NCBI GenBank assembly: GCA_963782055.1
Contig: CAWAIF010000003.1
Location: 5,056,001 to 5,120,000, forward strand
DNA from: an uncultured delta proteobacterium
Lineage (GTDB): Bacteria; Myxococcota_A; Polyangia; Polyangiales; Polyangiaceae
Length of the DNA stretch: 64,000 bases
Direction of reading: 5' to 3'
The notes under the pieces: model-generated
Seen by the model: the letters and a program-made list of their open reading frames with translations, nothing else
What the model was told of the DNA's origin: nothing
Databases searched by the model: none
Part shown: in pieces, positions 1 to 9,789 of the stretch
Numbering within the stretch: position 1 is the first letter of the stretch
How the letters are laid out: each line of letters opens with the position of its first letter
Program-made: the position numbers and the translations under genes

Positions 1-440
1 GCGGCCGTGGCGCTCTGGACGCGAACGTCGAGTTGCGGGTACGAGGGCCCCGGAAACCCGACTCCGAAGGTGACAGTCATCTGCGCCTTCACGTCGAGTC
101 GATCCTCGGTCGCCGGTCGACGGACGAGGTGGTCGCGGTAGCTCAGGGCGTCGCCGACCCACTGCACCATCCCCGACGCGAGCGCGTAGCTCGGCGGGTC
201 CTTGACGAGCCAACCGTTGCCGATGACCGAACCGTCGGGGCGGTCGAAATCGTCCGTGAAGTAGACGGTCGGTCCGGCGTCGGACGCGCCGTCGCCTGCC
301 TCGCTCGCGACGTCCGGAGACGCGTCGCCGCCGGCATCGCTCCCGGAGCGGCCTCCGCCTTCGAGGTCACCCAGGCCGGGGAACAAGCAGGCGGCAGAGA
401 GCAGGGGCCCGACGGTCGCCACGAGAATCCATCTCCCCAT
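1..440 (-). CDS. Putative lipoprotein, 3' end runs off the window (partial)
   Basis: Not in the ORF track; translated by hand from ATG at 440: MGRWILVATVGPLLSAAC (lipobox), DAG/DAS acidic linker, then YFTDDFDRPDGSVIGNGW..., open to base 1. Confidence 0.7.
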   Translation of the reverse strand, partial: MGRWILVATVGPLLSAACLFPGLGDLEGGGRSGSDAGGDASPDVASEAGDGASDAGPTVYFTDDFDRPDGSVIGNGWLVKDPPSYALASGMVQWVGDALSYRDHLVRRPATEDRLDVKAQMTVTFGVGFPGPSYPQLDVRVQSATA

Positions 441-595
441 CCAAGGAGCGTATCAAGGAAGGCTTCCCCCGCCCAGCGATGGTCCAGGTGGACCGAAACT
501 CGCCACGCGAACGCAAATACTTTCGGAGGGCGGCCGGTCCGGTCTCGTGATGGAATGAGTGCGTCACTGCGGCCGGGCCACCGCATGATGGAGAC

Positions 596-2926
596 GTGAA
601 GATGTCGAACGCTCGAGCAGCCCTCTTCCTACTGGGAGCGGTCGGGGTGGCCTGCGGCCCCAACGCCACCACCACCCCGGATGACGCGTCGACGCCGGAC
701 GCTTCGTGGGTCGACGGCAGCGCCGACGCCGCCACCGACGCCGGCGCCGACACCGGCGGCCCGGCGACGCCGGGGATCCTGCAGCTTGGCCCCGGGGGCG
801 ACGCCTTCACGAACGAGGTGGTCATCGACCCGACGAACCCGCAGTACGTCTACATCTCCTCGGACAACGGCGGGTTCATGCGGTCCGAAGACGGCGGCGA
901 TACGTGGGAGCGGATCATCGGGGAGCACGGCGGCCTCCTGAGCCAGAAGATCGTCGGTATCGAGCTCGACCCGACCGACCCCTCCACCCTGTACGTCTCG
1001 ACCATGGGTGGGATCTGGAAGTCCACGGATCGCGGCAAGACGTTCGTCGATCTGCACAATGGCTTGCCCGCCTACGGATACGCGAGCGGAGCTGCGCTTC
1101 ACGCGAACGCGTTTTCGGCGATCAAGATCAGTCCGTTCGACAGAAACGTCATCTACATCGGCGCGGGCTCGAACACCAAGTGGCGAACCAAGCCCGACTA
1201 CCTCGTCATGGGATACAGGTCCCTCGACGGCGGCAAGTCGTGGTCGCCGCTCGGCCTGACGGGAGGCCCCGTCCTCTCCAAGGGTTATTCGACGGCGGAG
1301 ATCGCCGTCGGTTCGAAGGACGGCAACACCGTCTACTACGCGGGCATGAACGGGATCTTCAAGTCGGTCGACGGGGGCGGTTCGTGGAGCAAGATCGCCG
1401 ATTCGAGGCTCCAGGACCACGTCATGGCGATCGACGCGGTGAAGGACAATCCGTCCATCGTCTACGCCGCGAAGGGCATGAATTCAGGCTCGGACGCGAC
1501 ATACGGCCTCTACAAGTCCATCGACGCCGGGAACAGCTGGACGAAGATGAACCCCGGGGGCGCGGCCAACGCACGTGTCATGGAGTTCCGGATCACGGAC
1601 GACAGCGGCCAGACCATCTACGCGATGTTCGGAAGCACGATCTACAAGACCGCCGACGGTGGCACCACATGGTCGTGCTACTCCTATCCGTACAACACCG
1701 GGTGGGCGACGTATTTCGGTGTCTCCGCCGGCCTGAGCTTCGACGTCTCGAGGTCGAATCCGCTCATCCTCTTCGCGGGGGCGAACGTCTACATCAAGAC
1801 CAACGGGCAGCCACTGTCTTGCGACACGACGCTGACCAAGAAGTCGTGGGTGCCGACGTACTCGACACCCGCGAACGTCGCCGGATTCTACAAGAACACC
1901 GGGCAGATCATGATCACGGGCGGGTGGGACGTGTTCGTCGACCCCGACGACACCCAGAACGTGATGGTCGGCGGGTTCGACCAGGGCTTTTCCATCAGCA
2001 AGGACGGCGGCCTCAGCTGGAAGAATTTTCAGCAAATCGGCACGAAGACCCAGACGGACGGTCACGACGCGGGCGGCTTCGCCAAGGACGATCATGGCAA
2101 CTTCTATGTCACGTACGGCGGAGACAACGTGCCGAACGCCAAGATCGGCTTGTTCACGAGCACCGACATGGAGACATGGTCCCTGGTGCACACGTTCCTG
2201 GCGACCTCGACGGTCCAGGTCCAGTTCCTGAAGTCCGGAGCGACCAGGAAGCTGTTCGCGATCGTGCGCGGGGCCGGCAACACGTCCAATACGTGGGACA
2301 CGGGCATCTGGTCGTCCTCCAACGACGGGGCCACGTGGGCCCGGCTCCCGGGGCTTCCCGTGTACAAGGGGAACCAATATCCGACGGGGCTCGCGCAGGA
2401 TCCCACGAATCCGGAGAACCTGTACGCGACGTTCGCGGTCGCCGGCAGCGGAGGGGTCTGGAAGTCGACCGACTTCGGAGGCTCGTGGTCGCAGGTGGCC
2501 GGGAGCAGTGCGACCAGCGCCATGTCCGACGCGCGAGGCGTCACCGTGGGGCCCAAAGGTCAATGCGTCGTGGGCGTTCGCGGGTCGAGCGGTGGCGTCT
2601 GGATGTCCGCCACCGGGGACTCGAGCTGGACGAAGATCGATACCAAGCTCGTGACGGCCAGCTCGACGTTCCCGAAGATGGCGTCCGCGCTGACGTACAC
2701 GAAGGACGGGAAGCTGGTCGTGGGCTACACCTCCTACGCGAGCTCGGAGAGTCCGACCAACGTCAATCCGCTGGCGATCACGCCGGACGACGGCGCGACG
2801 TGGACCGAGCTCCCGACGGGGAGCATGGTGTCCGAGTTCGGGCACATCGTCGCCGACCCGGTCGACGCCAAGGTGCTCTGGATCGCCACCGACGGCGGTG
2901 GCAGTTTCAAGTACACGATGCCCTGA
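596..2926 (+). CDS. Asp-box (BNR) repeat beta-propeller lipoprotein, GH74/sortilin(VPS10)-like fold
   Basis: Lipobox VGVAC; many S/T-x-D-x-G-x-x-W/F Asp-boxes ([72 protein letters not shown]). Start may be ATG 602. Confidence 0.8.
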   Translation: MKMSNARAALFLLGAVGVACGPNATTTPDDASTPDASWVDGSADAATDAGADTGGPATPGILQLGPGGDAFTNEVVIDPTNPQYVYISSDNGGFMRSEDGGDTWERIIGEHGGLLSQKIVGIELDPTDPSTLYVSTMGGIWKSTDRGKTFVDLHNGLPAYGYASGAALHANAFSAIKISPFDRNVIYIGAGSNTKWRTKPDYLVMGYRSLDGGKSWSPLGLTGGPVLSKGYSTAEIAVGSKDGNTVYYAGMNGIFKSVDGGGSWSKIADSRLQDHVMAIDAVKDNPSIVYAAKGMNSGSDATYGLYKSIDAGNSWTKMNPGGAANARVMEFRITDDSGQTIYAMFGSTIYKTADGGTTWSCYSYPYNTGWATYFGVSAGLSFDVSRSNPLILFAGANVYIKTNGQPLSCDTTLTKKSWVPTYSTPANVAGFYKNTGQIMITGGWDVFVDPDDTQNVMVGGFDQGFSISKDGGLSWKNFQQIGTKTQTDGHDAGGFAKDDHGNFYVTYGGDNVPNAKIGLFTSTDMETWSLVHTFLATSTVQVQFLKSGATRKLFAIVRGAGNTSNTWDTGIWSSSNDGATWARLPGLPVYKGNQYPTGLAQDPTNPENLYATFAVAGSGGVWKSTDFGGSWSQVAGSSATSAMSDARGVTVGPKGQCVVGVRGSSGGVWMSATGDSSWTKIDTKLVTASSTFPKMASALTYTKDGKLVVGYTSYASSESPTNVNPLAITPDDGATWTELPTGSMVSEFGHIVADPVDAKVLWIATDGGGSFKYTMP

Positions 2927-2999
2927 TCCAGACGAGCGGTCGCGATTCGCGAACGCGGACCGATTGCTTTTCGTGCGCGCGTCACTACCGTCGCGCGTC

Positions 3000-3983
3000 A
3001 TGGTCCCGCTCTCGATCCTCGATCTCGCACCCATCACGCAGGGCAGTGACGCCTCGCGCTCCTTCCGCAACACGCTGGACCTCGCACGGCACGCCGAGCG
3101 CTGGGGCTACAACCGCTTCTGGCTCGCCGAGCACCACGGGATGCCCGGAATCGCGAGCGCCGCGACCGCGGTGCTGCTCGCCCACGTGGCGGACGGGACG
3201 ACGACGCTGCGCGTGGGCGCGGGCGGCATCATGCTGCCCAACCACGCGCCGCTCGTCATCGCGGAGCAGTTCGGCACGCTGGAGTCGCTCTTCCCCGGCC
3301 GCATCGACCTGGGCCTCGGGCGGGCGCCCGGCTCCGATGCCGCCACCGCCCGCGCCCTGCGCCGCAACCTCGCCGCGACACCCGACGACTTCCCGCAGGA
3401 CGTTCTGGAGCTGATGGACTACTTCTCGCCCGCGCCGGAGCAGCCTGTGCGCGCGGTCCCCGGCACCGGCCTCCAGGTGCCCATCTGGATCCTCGGGTCC
3501 AGCCTCTTCGGCGCCCAGCTCGCCGCGGCGCTCGGCCTGCCCTACGCCTTCGCCTCGCACTTCGCGCCGGCGCAGATGCACGACGCCGTCCGCGTCTACC
3601 GCGCGCGCTACCGGCCGTCGGAGCGCCACCCGCGCCCCTACGTCATGCTCGGCTTCAACGTCTTCGCCGCCGACACCGACGAGGAGGCCGCGGTGCTCGC
3701 GACCTCCGCGCAGCAGGCGTTCGTCAACCTGCGCAGCGGGAGGCCTTCGCAGCTGCCGCCTCCGCGGCCCGGGTACATGGACCAGATCGGAGCGCCGGAG
3801 CGCGCGCTGCTCGCCGGCGTGCTCTCGTGCTCGGCCATCGGCTCGCCGGCGACCGTGCGACGCGAGGTCGCGGCCTTCGTGGAGCAGACCGGCGCCGACG
3901 AGCTCATCTTCGCCTCGATGATCCACGACCACTCCGCGCGATTGCGTAGCTACGAGATCGCGGCGGACCTCCTCGACGCGTGA
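3000..3983 (+). CDS. LLM-class flavin-dependent oxidoreductase (luciferase-like monooxygenase, YhbW/MsnO8-like)
   Basis: [53 protein letters not shown] at 3000. Confidence 0.92.
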   Translation: MVPLSILDLAPITQGSDASRSFRNTLDLARHAERWGYNRFWLAEHHGMPGIASAATAVLLAHVADGTTTLRVGAGGIMLPNHAPLVIAEQFGTLESLFPGRIDLGLGRAPGSDAATARALRRNLAATPDDFPQDVLELMDYFSPAPEQPVRAVPGTGLQVPIWILGSSLFGAQLAAALGLPYAFASHFAPAQMHDAVRVYRARYRPSERHPRPYVMLGFNVFAADTDEEAAVLATSAQQAFVNLRSGRPSQLPPPRPGYMDQIGAPERALLAGVLSCSAIGSPATVRREVAAFVEQTGADELIFASMIHDHSARLRSYEIAADLLDA

Positions 3984-3985
3984 CT

Positions 3986-4001
3986 CGGCACGAGCCTTGC
4001 T
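3986..4001 (+). promoter_or_regulatory. Sigma54 -24/-12 promoter upstream of the cytochrome c peroxidase
   Basis: CGGCACGAGCCTTGCT has GG-N10-GC and is near the consensus TGGCACGnnnnTTGCW. Confidence 0.6.
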
Positions 4002-4014
4002 GCCCCGGGTGCCC

Positions 4015-5091
4015 ATGGTCCCCAAGCTCCTTCTCTGTGCTGCCGCACTCCTGCTCTTTGCCGCGAGCTGCAACAAGAAGGAGGAGTCCGGGGGCGCACC
4101 GACAGCGTCCGCCTCCGCAGCTCCTGCGCCCAAGCCGGCGTTCGACCCGAGCGTGATGGCGGTCTTCCAGCCGCTGCCCAGGAGCGCCGACCTCCCGGGC
4201 ACCAACCCCGACCGCGTCGCGCTCGGCAAGATGCTCTACTTCGACGCCCGGCTTTCCAAGAACCACGATGTCTCGTGCAACAGCTGCCACAAGCTGGACG
4301 CCTTCGGCGTGGACGGAACGCCCACGAGCGTGGGGCACAAGCAGCAGCACGGCACACGCAACTCGCCCACCGTGCTGAACGCCGCCATCGAGTTCCGGCA
4401 GTTCTGGGACGGCCGCGCAGCGACGGTCGAAGATCAGGCGACCGGTCCGATGCAGAACCCGGTGGAGATGGCCTCCGACGACAAGCTGGTGGTGGCGACG
4501 GTCTCCTCCATGCCGGAGTACGTGACGCGGTTCGCCAAGGCCTTCCCGGACGAGAAGGCGCCGATCACCATGAAGAACGTGGGGATCGCCATCGGCGCCT
4601 TCGAGCGCAAGCTGCTGACGCCCGGCCGCCTGGACAAGTACCTGGAGGGCGACCACTCGGCGATGACGGAGCCGGAGCTCCTGGGCGCGCAGAAGTTCGT
4701 GCAGACCGGGTGCACCACGTGCCACATGGGCCCTGGCGTCGGAGGCAGCATGTACCAGAAGGCGGGCCTCGTGCACCCGTGGCCGAACCAGAAGGATCAG
4801 GGCCGCTACGAGGACACCAAGAACGACGCCGACCGCATGATGTTCAAGGTGCCCAGCTTGCGGAACGTCGCGAAGACGGCACCCTACTTCAGTGACGGGT
4901 CCGTCGCGTCGCTGGACGAGGCGGTGCACATGATGGCGCACTACCAGCTCGGCAAGGAGCTATCGCCAAAGGACGTGAAGAGCATCGTCACCTTCCTGGA
5001 CGTGCTGACGGCTGCGCCCCCTCCCGACCTCGTCGCGCCCCCGACGTTGCCCAAGAGCACGGCGAAGACGCCGAAGCCCAATCCCAACTGA
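4015..5091 (+). CDS. Di-heme cytochrome c peroxidase (bCcP family), lipoprotein
   Basis: Two CxxCH (CNSCH, CTTCH), LGKMLYFDARLS, RNSPTV, QFWDGRA, FKVPSLRNVAKTAPYF; lipobox FAASC. Confidence 0.92.
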   Translation: MVPKLLLCAAALLLFAASCNKKEESGGAPTASASAAPAPKPAFDPSVMAVFQPLPRSADLPGTNPDRVALGKMLYFDARLSKNHDVSCNSCHKLDAFGVDGTPTSVGHKQQHGTRNSPTVLNAAIEFRQFWDGRAATVEDQATGPMQNPVEMASDDKLVVATVSSMPEYVTRFAKAFPDEKAPITMKNVGIAIGAFERKLLTPGRLDKYLEGDHSAMTEPELLGAQKFVQTGCTTCHMGPGVGGSMYQKAGLVHPWPNQKDQGRYEDTKNDADRMMFKVPSLRNVAKTAPYFSDGSVASLDEAVHMMAHYQLGKELSPKDVKSIVTFLDVLTAAPPPDLVAPPTLPKSTAKTPKPNPN

Positions 5092-5115
5092 CCGGTCCGC
5101 GGAGGTGGCGTCGGC

Positions 5116-5472
5116 TCAGTGGCACTGGAAGACGGCGTCGCCGCCTTCGAAGACATAGAGCGAGCCCACGTCGCCGAGGTTCAGCTCGGGGACGAGGCCG
5201 TCGTTGATCTGGATGAGCAGGCCGTCGTCATCGCCGTCGAACTCCTGGATCCAGAACGGCTTGCCGAAGATGTGGGCGCCCGCAGACCAGATGGCCTTGC
5301 GCAGCGTCTCGACGGCGGCGGCTCGTTCGCCGTCGCCAAAGACCTCGAAGTCCTTGGTCTTGGATTGTCCGGCGGTACCCAGCTTGCCCCACCGTGTCGT
5401 CAGCGAGGTGCCGGCGACCGCGCCCGCCCAGAACTTGGCGTGCCCATCCTTGGTGCATTCGAAGCGTCGCAT
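5116..5472 (-). CDS. Small WGR-domain protein fused to a DUF1963/YwqG-like C-terminal fragment (possibly internally deleted)
   Basis: 118 aa: MRRFECTKDGHAKFW...TRWGKLGTAGQSKTKDF (WGR-like), then IFGKPFWIQ...LLIQI...NLGDVGSLYVF...FQCH. Confidence 0.6.
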   Translation of the reverse strand: MRRFECTKDGHAKFWAGAVAGTSLTTRWGKLGTAGQSKTKDFEVFGDGERAAAVETLRKAIWSAGAHIFGKPFWIQEFDGDDDGLLIQINDGLVPELNLGDVGSLYVFEGGDAVFQCH

Positions 5473-5568
5473 GCCGCCATGTACGTCGTAAACCCAGGAC
5501 CCTTCCCTGGCCTCCGGGCTCGCTCGGCCAACGAGCCGGGGACGGAAGCTGCTATCGTCGCGCTCTCT

Positions 5569-6192
5569 ATGACGGACCAGGCGACGGGCTTCGATCCCTT
5601 CGATGGGCGCCGCGACCGCCTCGGTCCTCTCGACGACTTCCCGTGCAAGGCGCACTGGCAGGCGGCGCGCCATCGCTACGTGCTCGACGAGTACGGCGAG
5701 CGCGGCGTGAGCGACGTGCTCTCGCGGCTCACGCCTGCGCTGCGCGAAGCCTTCCTCCGGCCGGCGGTGACGATGGCGTGGAGCACGGTGGCCACGGTCG
5801 TCGGCATCGATCGCGCGATCTACGAGGGCCCGATGGGCTCGAGCCTGAATCGCATGCGTCACTTCGGCTCGGAGATCGCCAAGTACGACGTGCCGGGGAT
5901 CTACCGCGCCTTCTTCCGGCTCGGCACGCCCGGCTTCATCCTCGGAAAGATCCCGCTGGTGTACCGGCAGTACTTCAAGAAGGGCGCGGTGAAGTGTCAC
6001 GTCGAACAGGCGCGGGCGGAGATCCACCTGGAGGGCGTCGCCTTTCCCCACTACCTGTGCGCGTACGGCATCACCGGGTGGTTCGACGCCATGCTGGAGC
6101 TCGTCGGAACGCGGGGCTCGAGCCTGGAGCACACCGCCTGCGTCCACCGCGATGATCCTGGATGCACGTGGACGGCTACCTGGCGCCGCTGA
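5569..6192 (+). CDS. Myxobacterial DUF2378/V4R-like domain protein
   Basis: GIYRAFFRLGTPGFILGKIPLVYRQYF...ITGWFDAMLELVG...HTACVHRDDPGCTWTATW pattern; ATG at 5569. Confidence 0.6.
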   Translation: MTDQATGFDPFDGRRDRLGPLDDFPCKAHWQAARHRYVLDEYGERGVSDVLSRLTPALREAFLRPAVTMAWSTVATVVGIDRAIYEGPMGSSLNRMRHFGSEIAKYDVPGIYRAFFRLGTPGFILGKIPLVYRQYFKKGAVKCHVEQARAEIHLEGVAFPHYLCAYGITGWFDAMLELVGTRGSSLEHTACVHRDDPGCTWTATWRR

Positions 6193-6211
6193 GCCGCGGC
6201 GGGGGGATGCG

Positions 6212-6571
6212 TCAGCACCCGTCAGGGAGGGCCACGCAGTGGGTCGTGACGGTGTCGCAGTAGTAGCCGCCGAAGCACCCGTTGGGCTGGCAGGCGTTGC
6301 TCGAACCGTTGCAGGCGTGGCACGTGGCGGCGGTGTCGGGGGCGACGTAGTCGGCGCACAGGCCCCCGTCGGGGGCCGCGTCGTCGTCGCTCGATTCGTC
6401 GCTCGAGGCATCGGCGTCGATGGCGGGCAGCTCGGTCACGTCCGGTCGCACCGCGGCGTCGCCATCACCCGCCGGGTCGTCTTGCGGCGCGGCGGGGTCC
6501 TGGAGCGTGGTGGGCGCGGCGCCGCTGCACGCGGCGAGCAAGAGAAGGAGCGGCACGGTCAGGCGATGCAT
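6212..6571 (-). CDS. Small Cys-rich lipoprotein
   Basis: Lipobox LAAC, acidic linker, 8-Cys C-terminal domain. Confidence 0.7.
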   Translation of the reverse strand: MHRLTVPLLLLLAACSGAAPTTLQDPAAPQDDPAGDGDAAVRPDVTELPAIDADASSDESSDDDAAPDGGLCADYVAPDTAATCHACNGSSNACQPNGCFGGYYCDTVTTHCVALPDGC

Positions 6572-6666
6572 GGGCGGTCGTACGACGCGGCGCCCAAAAT
6601 CTTCCTTTCCTGCTGGACCGCGGGGCGCCGCATCGCGCGGGGGCCCGCGCGTGCCGGTGGGTCAGG

Positions 6667-7275
6667 TCACCGGCACTGACTCGTCGACGTCAGCTTCTGG
6701 CACTGGTTGGAGCAGCAGTCGCTCCCGTACCGGCAGTACGCGCCCGACTGGCCGCAGTTGGTGCCGCCGTCGCCGCCGCCGGTCGGCGTCGCGCACACAC
6801 CCTGCGGCAGACAGAGGCCGAAGCAGCAGTCGCTCGCCTGCCCGCACGCCTGCCCGCCGAGCGCGCAGCCGAGCCCGCCGTCACCGACCGGGGGGAAGGC
6901 GCACCCGCCGAAGCCGTTGTCGTTGAGACAGTAGCCAGTGCAGCAGGAGTTGGAGTCGGTGCAGGCCGACCCCAGCTCCAGACACTGGTTGCCGTTGCCG
7001 AAGCAGAGGTTGTTGTCGCAGAGGCCGCTGCAGCAGTTGCGGTTCTGCGTGCAGAAGTTCTGGTCGGTCACGCACGCCTGCTCGACCGCCGGCTTGGCCT
7101 GGCAGTACGCCGCGTCCTCGTAGAGCAGGCAGTAGCCCGTGCAGCAATCGGAGTCCTGCGTGCACTCGTGACCGACGCCGGTGAGGCTGCACTGCGTGTC
7201 CCCCGGACCCGCCGAGCCGCAACGCACCAAAAGCACGAGCCCGATCGGCAAGAGCACGGCGGCGGTGCGTCGCAT
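6667..7275 (-). CDS. Exported Cys-rich protein with five tandem C-C-CC-C-C modules
   Basis: Signal peptide ending LVRC; five units of C-x6/8-C-x5-CC-x3-C-x4..8-C. Confidence 0.8.
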   Translation of the reverse strand: MRRTAAVLLPIGLVLLVRCGSAGPGDTQCSLTGVGHECTQDSDCCTGYCLLYEDAAYCQAKPAVEQACVTDQNFCTQNRNCCSGLCDNNLCFGNGNQCLELGSACTDSNSCCTGYCLNDNGFGGCAFPPVGDGGLGCALGGQACGQASDCCFGLCLPQGVCATPTGGGDGGTNCGQSGAYCRYGSDCCSNQCQKLTSTSQCR

Positions 7276-7330
7276 CGAGGAACCCTACGGGTGGGACGCT
7301 CCCCGCGCAAGGCTGTGCTAGGACCCGGCC

Positions 7331-8095
7331 ATGGAGAAGAGCATCTTCGTCACCGGCGCGGCCTCGGGCATCGGCAAGGCGGCGGCGCTGCGCTTCGCCC
7401 GGGAGGGGTGGTTCGTCGGCCTCTACGACGTGGACGAGCGGGGCCTCTCCGCCGTCCGCGCGGAGGTGGGGCCGGAGCGCTCCAGCCAGGGTGTCCTGGA
7501 CGTGACCGATCTCGACGCCTACCGCCGCGCGGTCACCGCCTTCGGCTCCGCCACCCGCGGGAGGATGGACGTGCTCTTCGGCTGCGCCGGGATCCTGCGC
7601 CTCGGCCGCTTCGAGGACGTGCCCCCGGCCGAGGCGCAGAAGGAGATCGCCGTCAACGTGGGCGGGGTGGTCAACGGCGTCTACGCCGCGCTGCCGCTGC
7701 TGGAGAAGACGGAGCGCAGCCTCGTCCTGAGCATGTCCAGCGCGTCGGCCATCTATGGCGTGCCCGAGCACGCGGTCTACTCTGCGACCAAGTTCGCGGT
7801 GCGCGGCCTGACGGAGGCGCTGGACCTCGAGCTTCGCTCCAAGGGCATCCGCGTCGCGGACCTCATGCCCGGCTACGTCGACACGCCCATGGTCCAGTCG
7901 CAGACGCACCGCGCGGGGACGCTGCGGTCGATGGGGGTGAAGCTCACCGCCGAGGACGTGGCAGAGCTGGCGTGGGAGGCGGCGCACGGCGACAAGGTCC
8001 ACTGGATGCCTCGGCTGGACATCAAGATCATGGCGCGGTTCGCCGGCTTCGGCAGCCTGGCCCGGCCGCTGATGCGTCGCTTCTCCGGGATGTAG
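7331..8095 (+). CDS. SDR family oxidoreductase
   Basis: TGAASGIG Rossmann motif; YSATK catalytic motif. Confidence 0.93.
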   Translation: MEKSIFVTGAASGIGKAAALRFAREGWFVGLYDVDERGLSAVRAEVGPERSSQGVLDVTDLDAYRRAVTAFGSATRGRMDVLFGCAGILRLGRFEDVPPAEAQKEIAVNVGGVVNGVYAALPLLEKTERSLVLSMSSASAIYGVPEHAVYSATKFAVRGLTEALDLELRSKGIRVADLMPGYVDTPMVQSQTHRAGTLRSMGVKLTAEDVAELAWEAAHGDKVHWMPRLDIKIMARFAGFGSLARPLMRRFSGM

Positions 8096-8149
8096 CGCCC
8101 CCGGAACGTTGCCCGGACGCGGGCGGCGTGGGATGCTGATCTTCCGAGC

Positions 8150-9673
8150 GTGTCCGTGAGCCAAGCCACGAATCAGCTCATCCTTCCTCTCGACGAATTC
8201 AGCGCGCACCCCAGCGCGACGATTCCGAAGACGAAGCGTGTATTCTGCAACCGCAACCTGCGCATGACGGGCATCGCGTGGGTCGGCTTCGACATGGACT
8301 ACACGCTGGCCATCTACGACCAGCCGGAGATGGACCGCCTCTCCATCGACGCCACCAAGCAGAAGCTGGTGGGTCGCGGGTACCCGGAGTTCATCGTCGA
8401 CGTGCCGGTCTCCATCGACTTCCCGGTGCGCGGCCTGCTCATCGACAAGCGCTTCGGCCACGTGCTGAAGATGGACCGCTACAAGCAGGTGGCGAAGGGC
8501 TACCACGGCACCCGCCAGCTCTCCCGCGACGAGCTGCGCTCCCTCTACCAGGCGAAGAAGCTCCGCCCGGCGACGCCGCGCTACCACTGGATCGACACCC
8601 TGTACGCGCTCTCGGAGGTGGCGCTCTACACGGCGCTGGTGGACGCGCTGGAGCAGCGCGGCCAGGCGGTGGACTACGCGCGACTCTTCTCCGACATCCG
8701 CGAGAGCATCGACGAGGCGCACCGCGACGGCACCATCCTGGACGCGGTGCTCGGCGACCTGCCGCGCTTCATCCGGCGGGATCCCGACCTCGCGCCGACG
8801 CTGCACAAGCTCCGCAGCGCGGGCAAGAAGCTCTTCCTCCTGACCAACTCGCGCTGGCCTTACACCGAGAAGATGATGCAGTACCTGCTCGGGGGGGCGA
8901 TGGCGGAGTATCCGGCGTGGCGCAACTACTTCGACGTCGTGGTGGTCGCCGCCACCAAGCCCGCCTTCTTCACCGAGCGCCGCCCGCTGATGGAGCGCGA
9001 GGGCGAGACGGTGCGGCCGGCGACCTTCCCGCTGGAGCGCGGCCGCATCTACGAAGGCGGCAACCTGCACGAGCTGGAGCGCGCGCTGGGCACCCCGGGC
9101 GACCGCGTGCTCTACGTGGGCGATCACATCTACGGCGACATCCTGCGGTCCAAGAAGGACAGCGTGTGGCGCACCGCGATGATCATCCAGGAGCTGGAGA
9201 CCGAGGTCGCCGCGAGCGAGCAGTGCCGGGAGGACTACGCGCGCACCCTGGAGCTGGAGGACATGCGCGAGCACCTGGAGGACGAGCTGCGCTTCCTGCA
9301 GGCGCGCTTCAAGGAGCTCTCCCGCGCGACGGGCAAGCAGAACGGCAACGGCAACGGGCACTCCGGCGGCAACGGCCACGGCGACCTGACAGCCGAGGCG
9401 GAGCGCGGGCGCGTCAAGCGCGCCGTGGAGCGGGTGCGCGGAATGCTGCGCGAGTGCGACGCCGAGATGATGGCCATCGAGAAGCGCATCGACGCGCGCT
9501 TCCATCCGTACTGGGGCTCGCTGCTGAAGGAGGCGAGCGACCAGTCCAGCTTCGGCGCGCAGGTGGAGGAGTACGCGTGCCTTTACACCTCGCGCGTCTC
9601 CAACCTGATGCTCTACTCCCCGCAGCAGCACTTCCGGAGCCCGCGGGACTTCATGGCACACGAAGAGGGCTGA
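8150..9673 (+). CDS. HAD-IG family 5'-nucleotidase (cN-II type)
   Basis: GFDMDYTLA motif I, LFLLTNS, KPAFF, YVGDHIYGDI, WRT, YACLYTSRVSN. Confidence 0.92.
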   Translation: MSVSQATNQLILPLDEFSAHPSATIPKTKRVFCNRNLRMTGIAWVGFDMDYTLAIYDQPEMDRLSIDATKQKLVGRGYPEFIVDVPVSIDFPVRGLLIDKRFGHVLKMDRYKQVAKGYHGTRQLSRDELRSLYQAKKLRPATPRYHWIDTLYALSEVALYTALVDALEQRGQAVDYARLFSDIRESIDEAHRDGTILDAVLGDLPRFIRRDPDLAPTLHKLRSAGKKLFLLTNSRWPYTEKMMQYLLGGAMAEYPAWRNYFDVVVVAATKPAFFTERRPLMEREGETVRPATFPLERGRIYEGGNLHELERALGTPGDRVLYVGDHIYGDILRSKKDSVWRTAMIIQELETEVAASEQCREDYARTLELEDMREHLEDELRFLQARFKELSRATGKQNGNGNGHSGGNGHGDLTAEAERGRVKRAVERVRGMLRECDAEMMAIEKRIDARFHPYWGSLLKEASDQSSFGAQVEEYACLYTSRVSNLMLYSPQQHFRSPRDFMAHEEG

Positions 9674-9756
9674 CGCGCGACGACCCCCTGCCGCGAACGA
9701 GGGTCGTTCTTCGGGGCGGGGCGGCGCGTGCCGCCCCGTGAGACAAGACCTGAATC

Positions 9757-9787
9757 GGACGAGCGCGACTCCGAATCGCGCTCGTCC
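9757..9787. terminator. Perfect 12-bp stem hairpin between convergent genes (probable bidirectional terminator)
   Basis: GGACGAGCGCGA-ctccgaa-TCGCGCTCGTCC, between the stops at 9673 (+) and 9790 (-). No clear U-tract. Confidence 0.55.
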
Positions 9788-9789
9788 AT

